Shown here piece after piece: positions 10,979 through 21,189 of a DNA stretch of 32,000 nt. The stretch covers positions 30,001-62,000 of the forward strand of contig NZ_AP012549.1 in NCBI RefSeq assembly GCF_000829235.1. Direction: 5' to 3'. The position numbers and the translations under genes are program-made. The notes below the pieces were generated by a model that made no database searches, had not been told where the DNA came from, and worked only from the letters and a program-made list of their open reading frames with translations. This DNA is from a cyanobacterium endosymbiont of Epithemia turgida isolate EtSB Lake Yunoko (GTDB lineage: Bacteria > Cyanobacteriota > Cyanobacteriia > Cyanobacteriales > Microcystaceae). How positions within the stretch are numbered: the stretch's first letter is position 1; every line of letters begins with the position of its first letter.

Positions 10979-11518
10979 ATGGTACTCTCTAGTTGGTCAA
11001 AAAAGCTCAATCTTAATCGACAAGCTATCCGTAAGCGTATTCTCAATGATCCTTATTATCGGTTCTGTTCCCTCGAAGAAGTTGCGATTGCAGCAGAATC
11101 AGGAGTAACAATTGATGTTAATCAAGCAGGTGTAGATGATTGGTTGAGATTGCCTGGACTTTCCATTCACCAAGGGCGTACCTTAGTAGCGCTAGTCTCA
11201 ATGGGGGTAGAATTACTCTGTATCGAAGACATAGCTGCTGCTTTAAGTATTCCAATACAAAGTCTTAAACCCCTGGCTCCTATTCTTGTTTTCTCCTACC
11301 GTGATCCCCAAAGTTTATTAATGTCTCAACGGGTCAGTATCAACTACGCTACCTTAGAACAACTTGAAGATATCCCTGTTATTGATGCTAATCTTGCTCA
11401 AAACCTGGTCAACAATCGTCGCGAGAACGGTTTTTACAAGAACTTCGCTGATTTACAACGAAGATTAGCTCTAACAGGCTCAATCATCTCCGAATTGATG
11501 CACTATTTACAATTCTGA
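10979..11518 (+). CDS. Helix-hairpin-helix DNA-binding protein, ComEA-like
   Basis: 179 aa with two HhH-type segments: IDVNQAGVDDWLRLPGLSIHQGRTLV, and INYATLEQLEDIPVIDANLAQNLVNNRRENGFYKNFADL. The N-terminal NDPYYRF region is conserved in cyanobacteria as far as I recall. Confidence 0.7.
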   Translation: MVLSSWSKKLNLNRQAIRKRILNDPYYRFCSLEEVAIAAESGVTIDVNQAGVDDWLRLPGLSIHQGRTLVALVSMGVELLCIEDIAAALSIPIQSLKPLAPILVFSYRDPQSLLMSQRVSINYATLEQLEDIPVIDANLAQNLVNNRRENGFYKNFADLQRRLALTGSIISELMHYLQF

Positions 11519-12327
11519 TGCTGAAGTTTAAATTTTCAATTCTCATTGATACCTTTGTTAAAACGGTATGGAAATTCCACGAATGCCCTGATGTTTTGCA
11601 ATGACTAACTCTATAGTGACAACCTGTTTAGTCCATTTGTTGTGAAGGGGGACTTAAACTTAGGACAATTCCCAAGTTAAGTCTGTGGTTAGGTTTGATT
11701 TTCCTCCGTGGTTGGACTATCATACTCAGTATAAAAAATTACATTTATTTGTATATCGCTCAGAAGTTATACCAGTTTTACTGGTGTAATCATAGATTCT
11801 GTTGTCGTTAATTTTACCCCTAAAAACAGAAACCCCGTTGAATCGATGAGGCATTCTATGAGATTTAGGAGTAAACTGTTGTAGAATTTTTGACAAAATA
11901 GTTGGTTTATTCACGCTTACAGTGAATGTTCGGTTCCAGTTTTCCATCGCCACTAAGTAACTCACCAAAAATATCAATAAAGCTCCAAATTTTAAAGTTA
12001 AATTACTCTTAACTTAGATAGAGAATAGGGTGGATAAAGTTTTCAAAATACATATAAACTCAGCTTATATTCATAACTTACTGTATCTTGAGAACGCATC
12101 TATATTTCAAAAATTTTGTGCTATTTCTTTCAGTTTTTATGGATAAGGATATCAATGAATTCTTCGTATAAAAAAATAATTGATTACTTACAGTGTATTT
12201 TTTCTATACCAAGTTCTTACTCTAGCCAAAAGATATTGATTTGTATTCTCTAGTGACTCTTTACTCAACAATATACGGAGACACTATTAATATATAATTA
12301 TTATATCTTAGGAAAGAGAAGCAAAAT

Positions 12328-13956
12328 ATGTCAAGTTGGTGGAATGAAGCTGTATTTTATCAAGTTTGTCTTCGTAGTTTTCAAGACTCTAATGGAGACG
12401 GAATTGGAGATTTAAGAGGACTAGTAAATCGTTTAGATTATTTACAAGAGTTGGGAATTAATGCTATTTGGGTTACTCCATTTTATGAATCTCCTCACGT
12501 TGATTTTGGTTACGATGTGAGTGGTCATAAAAATATTGATAGCCGCTATGGAAATATGTCAGTCTTTGAAGACTTAATCTCAGAAGCCAATAAACGTAAT
12601 CTGAAAATCGTCGTTGACATTATTTTAAACCATACCTCAGATCAACACCCTTTTTTCATTGAATCTCGTCGTTCTTGCACCTCTGCAAAACGAGATTGGT
12701 ATATCTGGTGTGACGGGAAACCCGATGGCAGTCCCCCTAATAATTGGGAAGGATTTGAGCGATCAACATGGACTTTTGATCCTAAAACTAATCAATATTA
12801 TTATCATTTTCACTATCATGAACAACCTGATCTTAACTGGCGTAATTCAGCTGTTGTTGAAGAAATGTTTAGTATTTGTGATTTTTGGTTAAATAAAGGG
12901 GTAGCAGGACTGCGATTAGACGCCATTAATTATTTGCTTGAAGATCCTCAATTACTGGATAATCCTATCCTTGATAGGGTTCCTGATTACCTGCGTAATA
13001 TTTATCAATTCAATCAAGATCCTATTCACACTATCAATCATCCTGACAACCATAAAATTTTAAAAAAACTACGTCATCATCTCAAAACAAATCATCAAGA
13101 TGACCCTTTATTAATTGGAGAAGTTTGGGTTCCAAATTTTAATGAAATCAGGCGATTTTATGGAGAAAAAGATGATGAAATTCAATTGCCTTTTAACTTT
13201 TTCTTAAGTACCCTTCCCCAAGTAAATGCTCACGATTTTCGAGAAATGATTATGGAGTTTCAGCAAATTCTAGAAGATCTGCCAACTACTTTAGTTTTAA
13301 GTAACCATGACTTTGAACGAGCAACCAGTCGCTATGCAACAGAAGAAAATTCCGATGCAATGGCTAAATTGTTAGCTACTTTGTTGCTAACTCTACGAGG
13401 TATCCCGTTTATTTACTATGGAGAAGAATTAGGACTTCGAGATTATCCTCCAGAAACCATCGAAGAAGTTCAAGACCCACGAGGTCGAATTCGTTGGCCA
13501 GACTATAAAGGTCGTGATGGCTGTCGCACTCCGATGCCATGGAATAGTCAACCTCAAGCGGGATTTACCACTGGTCAACCTTGGTATAAACTTAATCCAG
13601 ATTATCAAATGCGCAATGTTGCTGTACAAACGGATGACCCTAATTCCGTCTTGAATCATTACAAAAAACTACTAAAATTACGGCGAGATCTGCTACCATT
13701 GAGTCTGGGTCAATTGACTATGTTAGGAAATGATATTATGGTATTGGCATATATGAGGTCTTACAAGGACCAAAATGCTTTAATCGCGCTTAATATGTCG
13801 GATAACCATACTCAATTTTCTTTAGCACAATTACCCCATCAAAGAAATTCGTCATGGAAAATTCTCTTATCCACTCATATTCAATCAAAAGATAAAATTG
13901 TTCAGGAAACTTTAACGTTAAATCCTTTTGAAGCAATTATTGTCGTTCCTATTTAG
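12328..13956 (+). CDS. GH13 alpha-glucosidase / oligo-1,6-glucosidase-like enzyme
   Basis: 542 aa with GH13 conserved regions I-IV: DIILNHTSDQHPFF, GVAGLRLDAINY, LIGEVW and LSNHDFERA. The N-terminal WWNEAVFYQVCLRSFQDSNGDGIGDLRG is typical of the oligo-1,6-glucosidase subfamily. Confidence 0.9.
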   Translation: MSSWWNEAVFYQVCLRSFQDSNGDGIGDLRGLVNRLDYLQELGINAIWVTPFYESPHVDFGYDVSGHKNIDSRYGNMSVFEDLISEANKRNLKIVVDIILNHTSDQHPFFIESRRSCTSAKRDWYIWCDGKPDGSPPNNWEGFERSTWTFDPKTNQYYYHFHYHEQPDLNWRNSAVVEEMFSICDFWLNKGVAGLRLDAINYLLEDPQLLDNPILDRVPDYLRNIYQFNQDPIHTINHPDNHKILKKLRHHLKTNHQDDPLLIGEVWVPNFNEIRRFYGEKDDEIQLPFNFFLSTLPQVNAHDFREMIMEFQQILEDLPTTLVLSNHDFERATSRYATEENSDAMAKLLATLLLTLRGIPFIYYGEELGLRDYPPETIEEVQDPRGRIRWPDYKGRDGCRTPMPWNSQPQAGFTTGQPWYKLNPDYQMRNVAVQTDDPNSVLNHYKKLLKLRRDLLPLSLGQLTMLGNDIMVLAYMRSYKDQNALIALNMSDNHTQFSLAQLPHQRNSSWKILLSTHIQSKDKIVQETLTLNPFEAIIVVPI

Positions 13957-15123
13957 ATCAATAACTTGCGTTTAATTGAAATCTAGCTGGGATGATAGAA
14001 GGACAGCTGAAAGCCTAAAACCATTAGGCACTAAGTACTTTGACTTAACTGCAATGTAGAAGTTTTTTTGGTCTGTGTCTTAGTGGTTTTTAGCTCGATT
14101 TCAACATAAAATATAGTTGACTGCGGTTGCAGTTGCTACTATCTAACATGGACGGTTTTGGGATAACGTTATTTAGACTTTTGATAGCTAATCTTCATAA
14201 ACGTTCTTTTAAAACTTTTTTTAAATCTCATAGACAGTTTATTTAATGTTGCTACCATTATTTGTGAACTCATGAACTGGGTATTCAATATTGGTTTGAT
14301 TTGTTAAAAGATGTAACCTGTTTATTTCTTTTTCTTAGTTAACTGAAACTAATAGCATTATATTCTTAAATATATTGTCACTCCACATTTTTTAATCATA
14401 TTGTCAAGTTCATCTCAGATAAATACCTCTAAAACAGGAAATTTAACCTGCATTTGGCTATGTTTGAAAGTATTATTGCTTGTGAATTATAGATTAGAGG
14501 AACTACAATCCAATGCTTAAAAGGAACTGTTGTCCACAATTAGACTTTGCCGCGATTGCCACTTAGATATTTGGCATAATTTTGATTTGTATTATTGGTT
14601 TTGACATAGATATCAAACTCATCTTGCGCAATATTTATATTAAGTGTGTGTTTCTCCTGCTACTACAAGAGAAGGGTCTCCAAAACTACCAAAATATTCC
14701 ACTATATTTAAGACAAGTAATCAAACGATACTGAAAAGGTGATTTCCTTAATTAGAGACTATTGTTTAGATAAATGTAAATCATTCATAATTTTAGTATA
14801 TTTAATGCTTGATATTGACTGTCTTACATATCCAGTCTTGTCAGCTGTTCTGAACAAGAAGACTAAATTAATTTTTCCTAAGATGTCAGGACTCCCAAAA
14901 ATGTGGATTTTCTATCAGTTTAATCATCACAGTAGAAATAAATAGAAAAAAATTTAAGTTTTGTGTGGATTAAAAACTAACCATAGATTACGATAGGCAT
15001 ATTTTTCCCGTTCGAGCAAATTATTTAAATACTCAAATTTTCTAATTTAAAAACTGTTATAACGTTTTTGCGTAGTGCTATAATTCCCGGTAAGTAGAAG
15101 TGTCCACACGTTTTTCTTAACCA

Positions 15124-15783
15124 ATGCTTAAAGCAATCCTTTTTGATCTGGATGGAACAATTGCCCATACTGACACAATTCACTTCTCGATATGGCAATC
15201 TTGGCTACAGAAATATGGGCTAAACATTGACTTATCTTTTTATCAGCAAAATATTAATGGCCGACATAACCAGGATTTTTTACGTCAATGGCTATCAGAA
15301 CTTTCTGAGGAGGAAATTCAACAATTAAGTAATGATAAAGAAGCCTATTTTCGGGAAATAGCACAAGACCAGTTGCGACCGCTTATGGGATTGTCTACTC
15401 TACTCGATTGGCTGAGGGATTGTCAGCTAAAGTCGGCGGTTGTTACCAATGCCCCTCGTTCTAATGCTGATTTTATGTTAAAAGCTCTTAAACTCCATGA
15501 CTTCTGGGAGACGGTTATCGTAGGGGAAGAGTTACCCAAAGCTAAACCAGACCCTTATCCTTACCAAGAGGCTTTACGGTGTTTGAATATTGCCCCCGAT
15601 GAAGCCCTTGTTTTTGAAGATTCCCCGACTGGTATTTATTCTTCTGTAGGTGCAGGAATTTTTACTGTGGGTATCTCTACCACTCATTCAGACAAGGTAT
15701 TGTCCGAATGTGGTGCTAAATTGATCATCCATGATTTTAGTGATCCGCGATTAAAAACCATTGGAGTGTTAGATAATATCTGA
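15124..15783 (+). CDS. HAD-IA family hydrolase (beta-phosphoglucomutase/phosphatase-like)
   Basis: 219 aa with HAD motif I ILFDLDGTIAHTD, motif II VVTNAP, and motifs III/IV KAKPDP ... VFEDSPTG. Confidence 0.85.
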   Translation: MLKAILFDLDGTIAHTDTIHFSIWQSWLQKYGLNIDLSFYQQNINGRHNQDFLRQWLSELSEEEIQQLSNDKEAYFREIAQDQLRPLMGLSTLLDWLRDCQLKSAVVTNAPRSNADFMLKALKLHDFWETVIVGEELPKAKPDPYPYQEALRCLNIAPDEALVFEDSPTGIYSSVGAGIFTVGISTTHSDKVLSECGAKLIIHDFSDPRLKTIGVLDNI

Positions 15784-16849
15784 ATCACCATCTTCTCTGT
15801 CGGACAATTCCCCTTCCTCCCCATCTTTAATTTCTTTTTTTCTCTGATTTCTGAGTCTGAAAACTCTCTACAGTAAATTTTTTAACAAGCTAATTACCTA
15901 TTCAGCCCAATACATTCCTGAGATAGACTCAGGATTTAAAGATTTATACCACCTATAAATAGACCGATATACAGAAAACTTATGCACAGCTTGAGAGTTT
16001 GTACAGGTTCATCTATCTTAACAGAGGTATTAGGGGAGACTAAACTGATGTTCGTTCTAACATAGTTAACATAAAGTAATATCAGATAGACAACAATTTG
16101 AGGTAATTTACTATAAATTGAGTGTTTATCGTTCAGTTTATAGTTATGTCTTGAGAAAATGTAAAGACGACTTAGTACTTCGTGAATAAATCACTCGTCA
16201 ATGTTTGCTCTCTAAAATAGAAGATATATTATTTTTCTTTATATTTCTTATCCTTATCATCATAAGTAGTCTTAGAGTCTAATCAGCAACGAGGACAGTT
16301 GACCACATTCTCAAGACAGTTGGTGCTTAAGTTCTACAATAAATTTTAAGCATTTTAGGGTTTTTTTTGCTCACATACAATTAGAAAAATTATGCCCTTC
16401 TTGTTTTACAAATAAGGACAGGATGCGTTCTTATTAAAAACTTCACTAGGTATGCTCTACCGTAAGCTAATAAAAGAATCCTATTGAAGTAGACTTATCA
16501 AAGTATTTTTTGTAGTTTATACTTTGCAAGTCTGTAAAAAAAATAGCGTATTAAAATCATTATCCGGAGCATAAGTTTTATAAAACAATGATAATTTACC
16601 GGATTATAAAATGCTTTTTTATCATTAATTTTTAAGAATAAATGCTGTTAACCGGAGAACAAGCTTAGAATACTGTTCGGATTTTTGATGAATAATGAAT
16701 GATTCAAGTTACAAAACACTTCAGTAAGATTAAAGACAGGACTTTGCATCAAAAGTATCATATTTCAATATTTATAATTGACCACTTAGAACAGCCTAGG
16801 GGTAGTGCAGGGAAAGATAGATTATTTTTCCGTAAGTGGGCTTAGACTC

Positions 16850-18781
16850 TTAGTGATTAGTTTCGATAATGAGATCATTTGTTAGTGGAACGGCAGACTT
16901 AGAAAGGCTAGGAGGCTTTGTCAACGTATGAGGATTAGAAGGAGTAGGAAGGTTAAGTGCTTTTTGCCAAACTCTGATTTGAGTTTGAGCCCCATGATAG
17001 GAAGTACTCTCAGCTGGAATGATCTGGGCAAGATTAATGGCCTCTTGCAATAAACTTTTGCGAGCCTTATCTTCGGCAATAGACAACAGTTGATAACTCC
17101 ATCGGTTGAGGGCTTGTCGGCTTCGATTGCTAACTTGCGTAGAGCCGGGAATTTTACGGATGACCTCAATGGCTGATCCCAAGGCTTGGGATGTTCCTCC
17201 TTGGGCTATAAGATAAGCTTCTTGAAGATCTTTTTGAGCTTTAATTTCTTGTTGCCACTGACGGATTTTATTTTGGGCTTCTCGAAAGAGAACTCGACCT
17301 GGGCCAATTCGTCTAGCAGCCTGAATTGCACCATTATAATTTTTGGAATTTCCTAAAAAAATAGCTTGATCAAGAATCGGTTGATCCTCTTGCCGTTGAA
17401 TACTCGCACGCCACTGATGAATATTTCTTTGTGCTTCATCATAAAGAGTGCGGTTAAAAGTAATAAGACTAGCTTCAGTGATCGCTTTTTTAAAAGCCAC
17501 AACAGTTCCCTCACGAGCTATATCTTGAGCTTTATCTAAAATTGGTTGATCTTCAACTCGTTGAACCTCCAGGATCCAGGTTTGAATTTTTTGACGTACT
17601 TCTTGGTAGCGAGGGTTGCCCGAAGGAATTAATTCGGCATAGGCAATGGCGGCATTTAAATCGTTAATAGTTCCCCCACGTGCTAAGTTTTGAGCTTCTT
17701 TAAGACGGGTAACATCCTCGATTTCGAGCTGCCAACGATTAATTAGATCTTGAGCTTTGTGGTATAGAGGACGCTCCGAGTTAATTACTTGGGCTGAAGC
17801 AATGGCCATTTCTAGGCTTTCTACCGTGCCTATTTTTGTTTCCATACCTGCATTGGACAAAGCTTTCCAGTCATCAATCTCTTCTGTTAGTAAAAGGCTC
17901 TGGGGGAGGCGATCAACCACATTGAGGAGGGGTTGCCAACGACGAGCTTCTAATAACCCTTCAATATGATTGACTAGCTTGTTTTTAGCATTCTCAATTA
18001 AGTTTTGGGCTTCTCTGTAGGCGTAACTATCGTTAGAAATTTTTTGGGCATCAGCAATCGCCGCCAGCCAATTATCGACTCCTCCTCGACGGAATATCCG
18101 ATAGGCTTTACTAAGTCTCTTGCTTTCTTCTTGGGCTAATTGAATTTGTTTAACAGTTGCATCGTATTCCGTTGTTGCCCAATATTTGTTTGGTAGACTC
18201 AGCAGTTTAACTGCTGAACGAAAGGCTTTATTCCATTCTGATTTTCGTAGCTTTTCTTCAACTTCGGCGAAAATCTCTTCTCCTTTTTGCCACAGTGATC
18301 GCCATTTTTTGATTCTTTTTTCAACCACACTATAAACTTGAACGTGATTAGGAACTCTATGAGCGATAGTGATAGCCTCTTGAAGTTGTCCACTTTGAAA
18401 TTTTTCTTCAGCGATATCGAGAATAGCGATCGCCCATTCCTCTACACTCTTGTTGATTTCACTTCGTAGGGAATGATCTGAGGGTAAGGCTTCTACTAGA
18501 TTAATTGCTTTGAGTAAACTGTCTACGGTTCCTTGAGCTGCTTCAAGTTGAGCGCAATAGATCCGCATCGAAGCTGAGGCAATCGGCCAGAAAATTCTAG
18601 TACATTGGGGAGATTTTGGCAATTTAAGTAACATAGAAGTGGCAGCAAATCCTACCATTCCCGATGCAAAAATAAGGGCAATTACCCATAGTTGCCAAGG
18701 TAATTTACCCAAGTTCAAAATAACTTTCTTTTTATCGGGAAATTCTTTGACTGCGATCAGCGATTTAGTAGATTGATTCAT
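16850..18781 (-). CDS. Membrane-anchored repeat protein of unknown function
   Basis: 643 aa with an N-terminal TM helix (LWVIALIFASGMVGFAATSMLL). At least 6 degenerate ~48-aa repeats follow, built on the pattern [YF]xEAQxxIxxWxxEIxxxxD...L..A..LA..GT...AI. The C-terminus is Pro/Ser-rich. Confidence 0.8.
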   Translation of the reverse strand: MNQSTKSLIAVKEFPDKKKVILNLGKLPWQLWVIALIFASGMVGFAATSMLLKLPKSPQCTRIFWPIASASMRIYCAQLEAAQGTVDSLLKAINLVEALPSDHSLRSEINKSVEEWAIAILDIAEEKFQSGQLQEAITIAHRVPNHVQVYSVVEKRIKKWRSLWQKGEEIFAEVEEKLRKSEWNKAFRSAVKLLSLPNKYWATTEYDATVKQIQLAQEESKRLSKAYRIFRRGGVDNWLAAIADAQKISNDSYAYREAQNLIENAKNKLVNHIEGLLEARRWQPLLNVVDRLPQSLLLTEEIDDWKALSNAGMETKIGTVESLEMAIASAQVINSERPLYHKAQDLINRWQLEIEDVTRLKEAQNLARGGTINDLNAAIAYAELIPSGNPRYQEVRQKIQTWILEVQRVEDQPILDKAQDIAREGTVVAFKKAITEASLITFNRTLYDEAQRNIHQWRASIQRQEDQPILDQAIFLGNSKNYNGAIQAARRIGPGRVLFREAQNKIRQWQQEIKAQKDLQEAYLIAQGGTSQALGSAIEVIRKIPGSTQVSNRSRQALNRWSYQLLSIAEDKARKSLLQEAINLAQIIPAESTSYHGAQTQIRVWQKALNLPTPSNPHTLTKPPSLSKSAVPLTNDLIIETNH

Positions 18782-19032
18782 AACTCAAGAGACCATAATA
18801 CCTTGATGTTTTCTCATCACCCACAAAGGTTTCGTTGGTCATTATCCCTAAATTTTTCTGAAGTGGCAAATCATAACCGAATAATCTTGAGAAATTCCGA
18901 GTCTCTGTCAAAACTTAGTAGTCTTTAAGGGATGATTTGTTATAGATTAAGACCTGACGTATCTTTCAAAAGATACTAGACTTTTGAGTATTTGTTGTAT
19001 TGCGATTACAGGTTTACCCAATCACTTTGATT

Positions 19033-19467
19033 ATGGCAGAAGAAACTACTCCTAACGCTAAACTGACAGCTAAAAAAAAGGCAAAACCCCCTGCTCTTGA
19101 AGATAAACCTTTTACTGAATTTATGGAGCAGCATTTCACCCCAACTTTGCACAAAAAATTGACCGAAACTGGACTAAGTGATGTTAAATTATCTTTTTCT
19201 CAGGAAAAATCGGCTATTTCTGGTGTTGATACTAATGAGCCATATTGGCAAGTTATTGGAACTTGGAATAAAGGTCAACGTCAGTTTACCTTATACTTTC
19301 TAGAGGAAGATATTAACGGCTCCAAAGCTTTTTCCTATGGGATTAATGGACTTCCTCCAAGTACGATTGAATCGTTTATGATTGATGAACGAAAAGTGAC
19401 TTTAGATTTAATGGTGTTGTATACGTTACAACGCCTAAATGGACAAAAGTGGCTCACTCGTAATTAA
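19033..19467 (+). CDS. Small conserved cyanobacterial protein (resembles DUF2996; name from memory only)
   Basis: The ORF track starts at TTG 19000; I prefer ATG 19033 (MAEETTPNAKL...). It has a Lys-rich N-terminus followed by KPPALEDKPFTEFMEQHFTPTL and WQVIGTW...GQRQFTLYF. A strong hairpin lies downstream. Confidence 0.65.
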   Translation: MAEETTPNAKLTAKKKAKPPALEDKPFTEFMEQHFTPTLHKKLTETGLSDVKLSFSQEKSAISGVDTNEPYWQVIGTWNKGQRQFTLYFLEEDINGSKAFSYGINGLPPSTIESFMIDERKVTLDLMVLYTLQRLNGQKWLTRN

Positions 19468-19517
19468 TTTTAATCCTCTTTAACGTGTAAATTGTTAGAG
19501 GCAAGTTTTAACGAAAT

Positions 19518-19546
19518 CTAAGGGCATACAATGTTTATGCCCTTAG
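19518..19546 (+). terminator. Putative rho-independent terminator
   Basis: Perfect 11-bp stem CTAAGGGCATA / TATGCCCTTAG with a 7-nt loop, 50 nt after the stop at 19467, followed by GTCTTATTTATT. Confidence 0.5.
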
Positions 19547-19863
19547 GTCTTATTTATTGATGATGAGGGATTATGTTAACATTAAGCCGATCCATTAATC
19601 ATAGATAAATTGCTTTATGATTTTGTAGCTTATCAATCTAAGCCTAAAGGCACTTAATAGTGGGCAAATATGTAAGAGTTATATCACCACCGCCTATGTA
19701 TGTAAAAGGTAAAGCTTTTGGCAATGTCAGATGCCTTACTTAATACTGCCTTCGACCAAAGTTCAGATATCATTGAAGTATTAACTATATCAAATAACGA
19801 CAAAATGTTTTTTGACAGACAGTTTCTCGAAAGAAATTAGTTTTATTGTGGAGCTATTACCCC

Positions 19864-21045
19864 ATGGAATTTGTTTGCAGTCAAGGCGAACTTAACAGTA
19901 ATCTTTCTCTAGTCAGTCGTGCTGTTCCATCCCGTCCCACTCACCCTGTGTTAGGCAATGTATTAGTAGTGGTGGATGCCGAAAAAGGACGAGTTAGCCT
20001 TACCGCTTTCGATCTCAGTTTAGGCATTGAAACCAGCTTTAGTGCTGATGTTAACCAAGGAGGAAAAATTACCCTGCCAGCTAAACTCCTCAATGACCTT
20101 GTTTCACGACTTCCAGAAGGAGAAATTAGCCTTATCACTAACAAAGATGCTCTAGAAAACGACAACCAGTTAATTATCCTCAAATCTGCATCAGGACAGT
20201 TTCAACTACAAGCTATGAGTGCTGAAGAATTTCCTAAACTTCCTACAGTAGAAAGAGGAGACACCCTCAAATTACCTATCGCTATTTTAGCCGAAGGGTT
20301 AAAAGGATCTTTATTTGCTGCCAGTAATGATGAAACTAAACAAGTTTTAACAGGAGTTCATGTTGCCGGAACTCTTGATGGGTTGGAATTTGCTGCCACT
20401 GATGGACACCGTTTAGCGGTAGTGAAAACCCCTCTACAAACTGAACCAGATGGAGAAGAAGAGGCAAAAGGAATGCCTGAAGGAGATTTTGCAGGATTTG
20501 CGGTCACTATTCCTGCTAGGGCTTTAAGGGAATTAGAGCGGATGTTTGCTAATAGTCAGAGTACAGATACAGTAGCCTTATATGTGGATAATGCTCAGAT
20601 AGTGTTTGAATTGGGAGAACAACGACTTACCAGTCGTAAATTAGATGGAACATACCCCTCCTATGAGCAACTAATCCCCCTTCAATTTGCACGGACAGTG
20701 AGTCTAGATCGAAAGCAATTTATAAGTAGTCTTGAACGGGTAGCTGTGTTGGCCGATCAAAGAAATAACTTAGTGAAATGTACGATTGATAAAGAAAAAG
20801 GGCAAATATCGTTATCGGTAGAAGCGCAAGGCTTGGGCAAGGCTAAGGAATTTATAGCGGCTAAAATTACCGGAGAGAGCGGCGATATTGCTTTTAACGT
20901 TAAATATCTAATGGATGGACTTAAGGCGTTACCGACTAAGGAATTTCAGATGCAATTAAATGCAGATAATCAACCCGTAATCTTAACTCCTTTAGGGGGA
21001 ATAAAAATGACCTATCTAGTGATGCCTGTACAGATTGTACGATAA
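19864..21045 (+). CDS. dnaN: DNA polymerase III beta sliding clamp
   Basis: The ORF track starts at TTG 19846; I prefer ATG 19864 (MEFVCSQGELNSNLSLVSRAVPSRPTHPVLGNVL), with GGAG 10 nt upstream. Clamp motifs: ATDGHRLAV, NVKYLMDGLKAL and PVILTP...YLVMPVQI. Confidence 0.92.
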   Translation: MEFVCSQGELNSNLSLVSRAVPSRPTHPVLGNVLVVVDAEKGRVSLTAFDLSLGIETSFSADVNQGGKITLPAKLLNDLVSRLPEGEISLITNKDALENDNQLIILKSASGQFQLQAMSAEEFPKLPTVERGDTLKLPIAILAEGLKGSLFAASNDETKQVLTGVHVAGTLDGLEFAATDGHRLAVVKTPLQTEPDGEEEAKGMPEGDFAGFAVTIPARALRELERMFANSQSTDTVALYVDNAQIVFELGEQRLTSRKLDGTYPSYEQLIPLQFARTVSLDRKQFISSLERVAVLADQRNNLVKCTIDKEKGQISLSVEAQGLGKAKEFIAAKITGESGDIAFNVKYLMDGLKALPTKEFQMQLNADNQPVILTPLGGIKMTYLVMPVQIVR

Positions 21046-21189
21046 GCTGTTAACTATGCTAATATCAAATCCAATTATGATTATAAAAGTTTACTTATGT
21101 ATTTTTTTCTTGGAAACTCTCCACTCCGAAGCCTTTTTCTCTGGTACAAAAAAAATATGAGGCTAAGCTTAGTATTAACCCTGTCTAGT

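Noticed and set aside
10803-11108. 101-aa plus-strand ORF overlapping the start of the ComEA-like gene
   Set aside because: It is out of frame with, and overlaps, the conserved 179-aa ORF. Its sequence is hydrophobic and low-complexity with no recognisable motif.
11726-11977. Isolated 83-aa minus-strand ORF (MENWNRTFTVSVNKPT...RFNGVSVFRGKINDNRIYDY)
   Set aside because: It reads somewhat protein-like and could be a remnant or a small gene. I recognise no family, it starts at TTG in the track, and it sits in an 0.8-kb decayed tract, so there is not enough support to call it.
14739-14945. 68-aa plus-strand ORF in the GH13-HAD spacer
   Set aside because: It has a non-ATG start and AT-driven composition (Ile/Leu/Lys/Phe-rich), no motif and no RBS. 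It is most likely a chance ORF in AT-rich DNA.
15079-15084. Perfect TATAAT hexamer 39 nt upstream of the HAD start as a promoter -10 box
   Set aside because: TATAAT-like hexamers are frequent in DNA this AT-rich, and the -35 position (TTATAA) is poor. It cannot be supported without transcript data.
19468-19863. oriC immediately upstream of dnaN
   Set aside because: I looked for clustered TTATCCACA/TTTTCCACA-type boxes. I found only CTCCACAAT overlapping the dnaN RBS and a poor TTATATCACCAC, with no cluster and no obvious AT-rich unwinding repeats.
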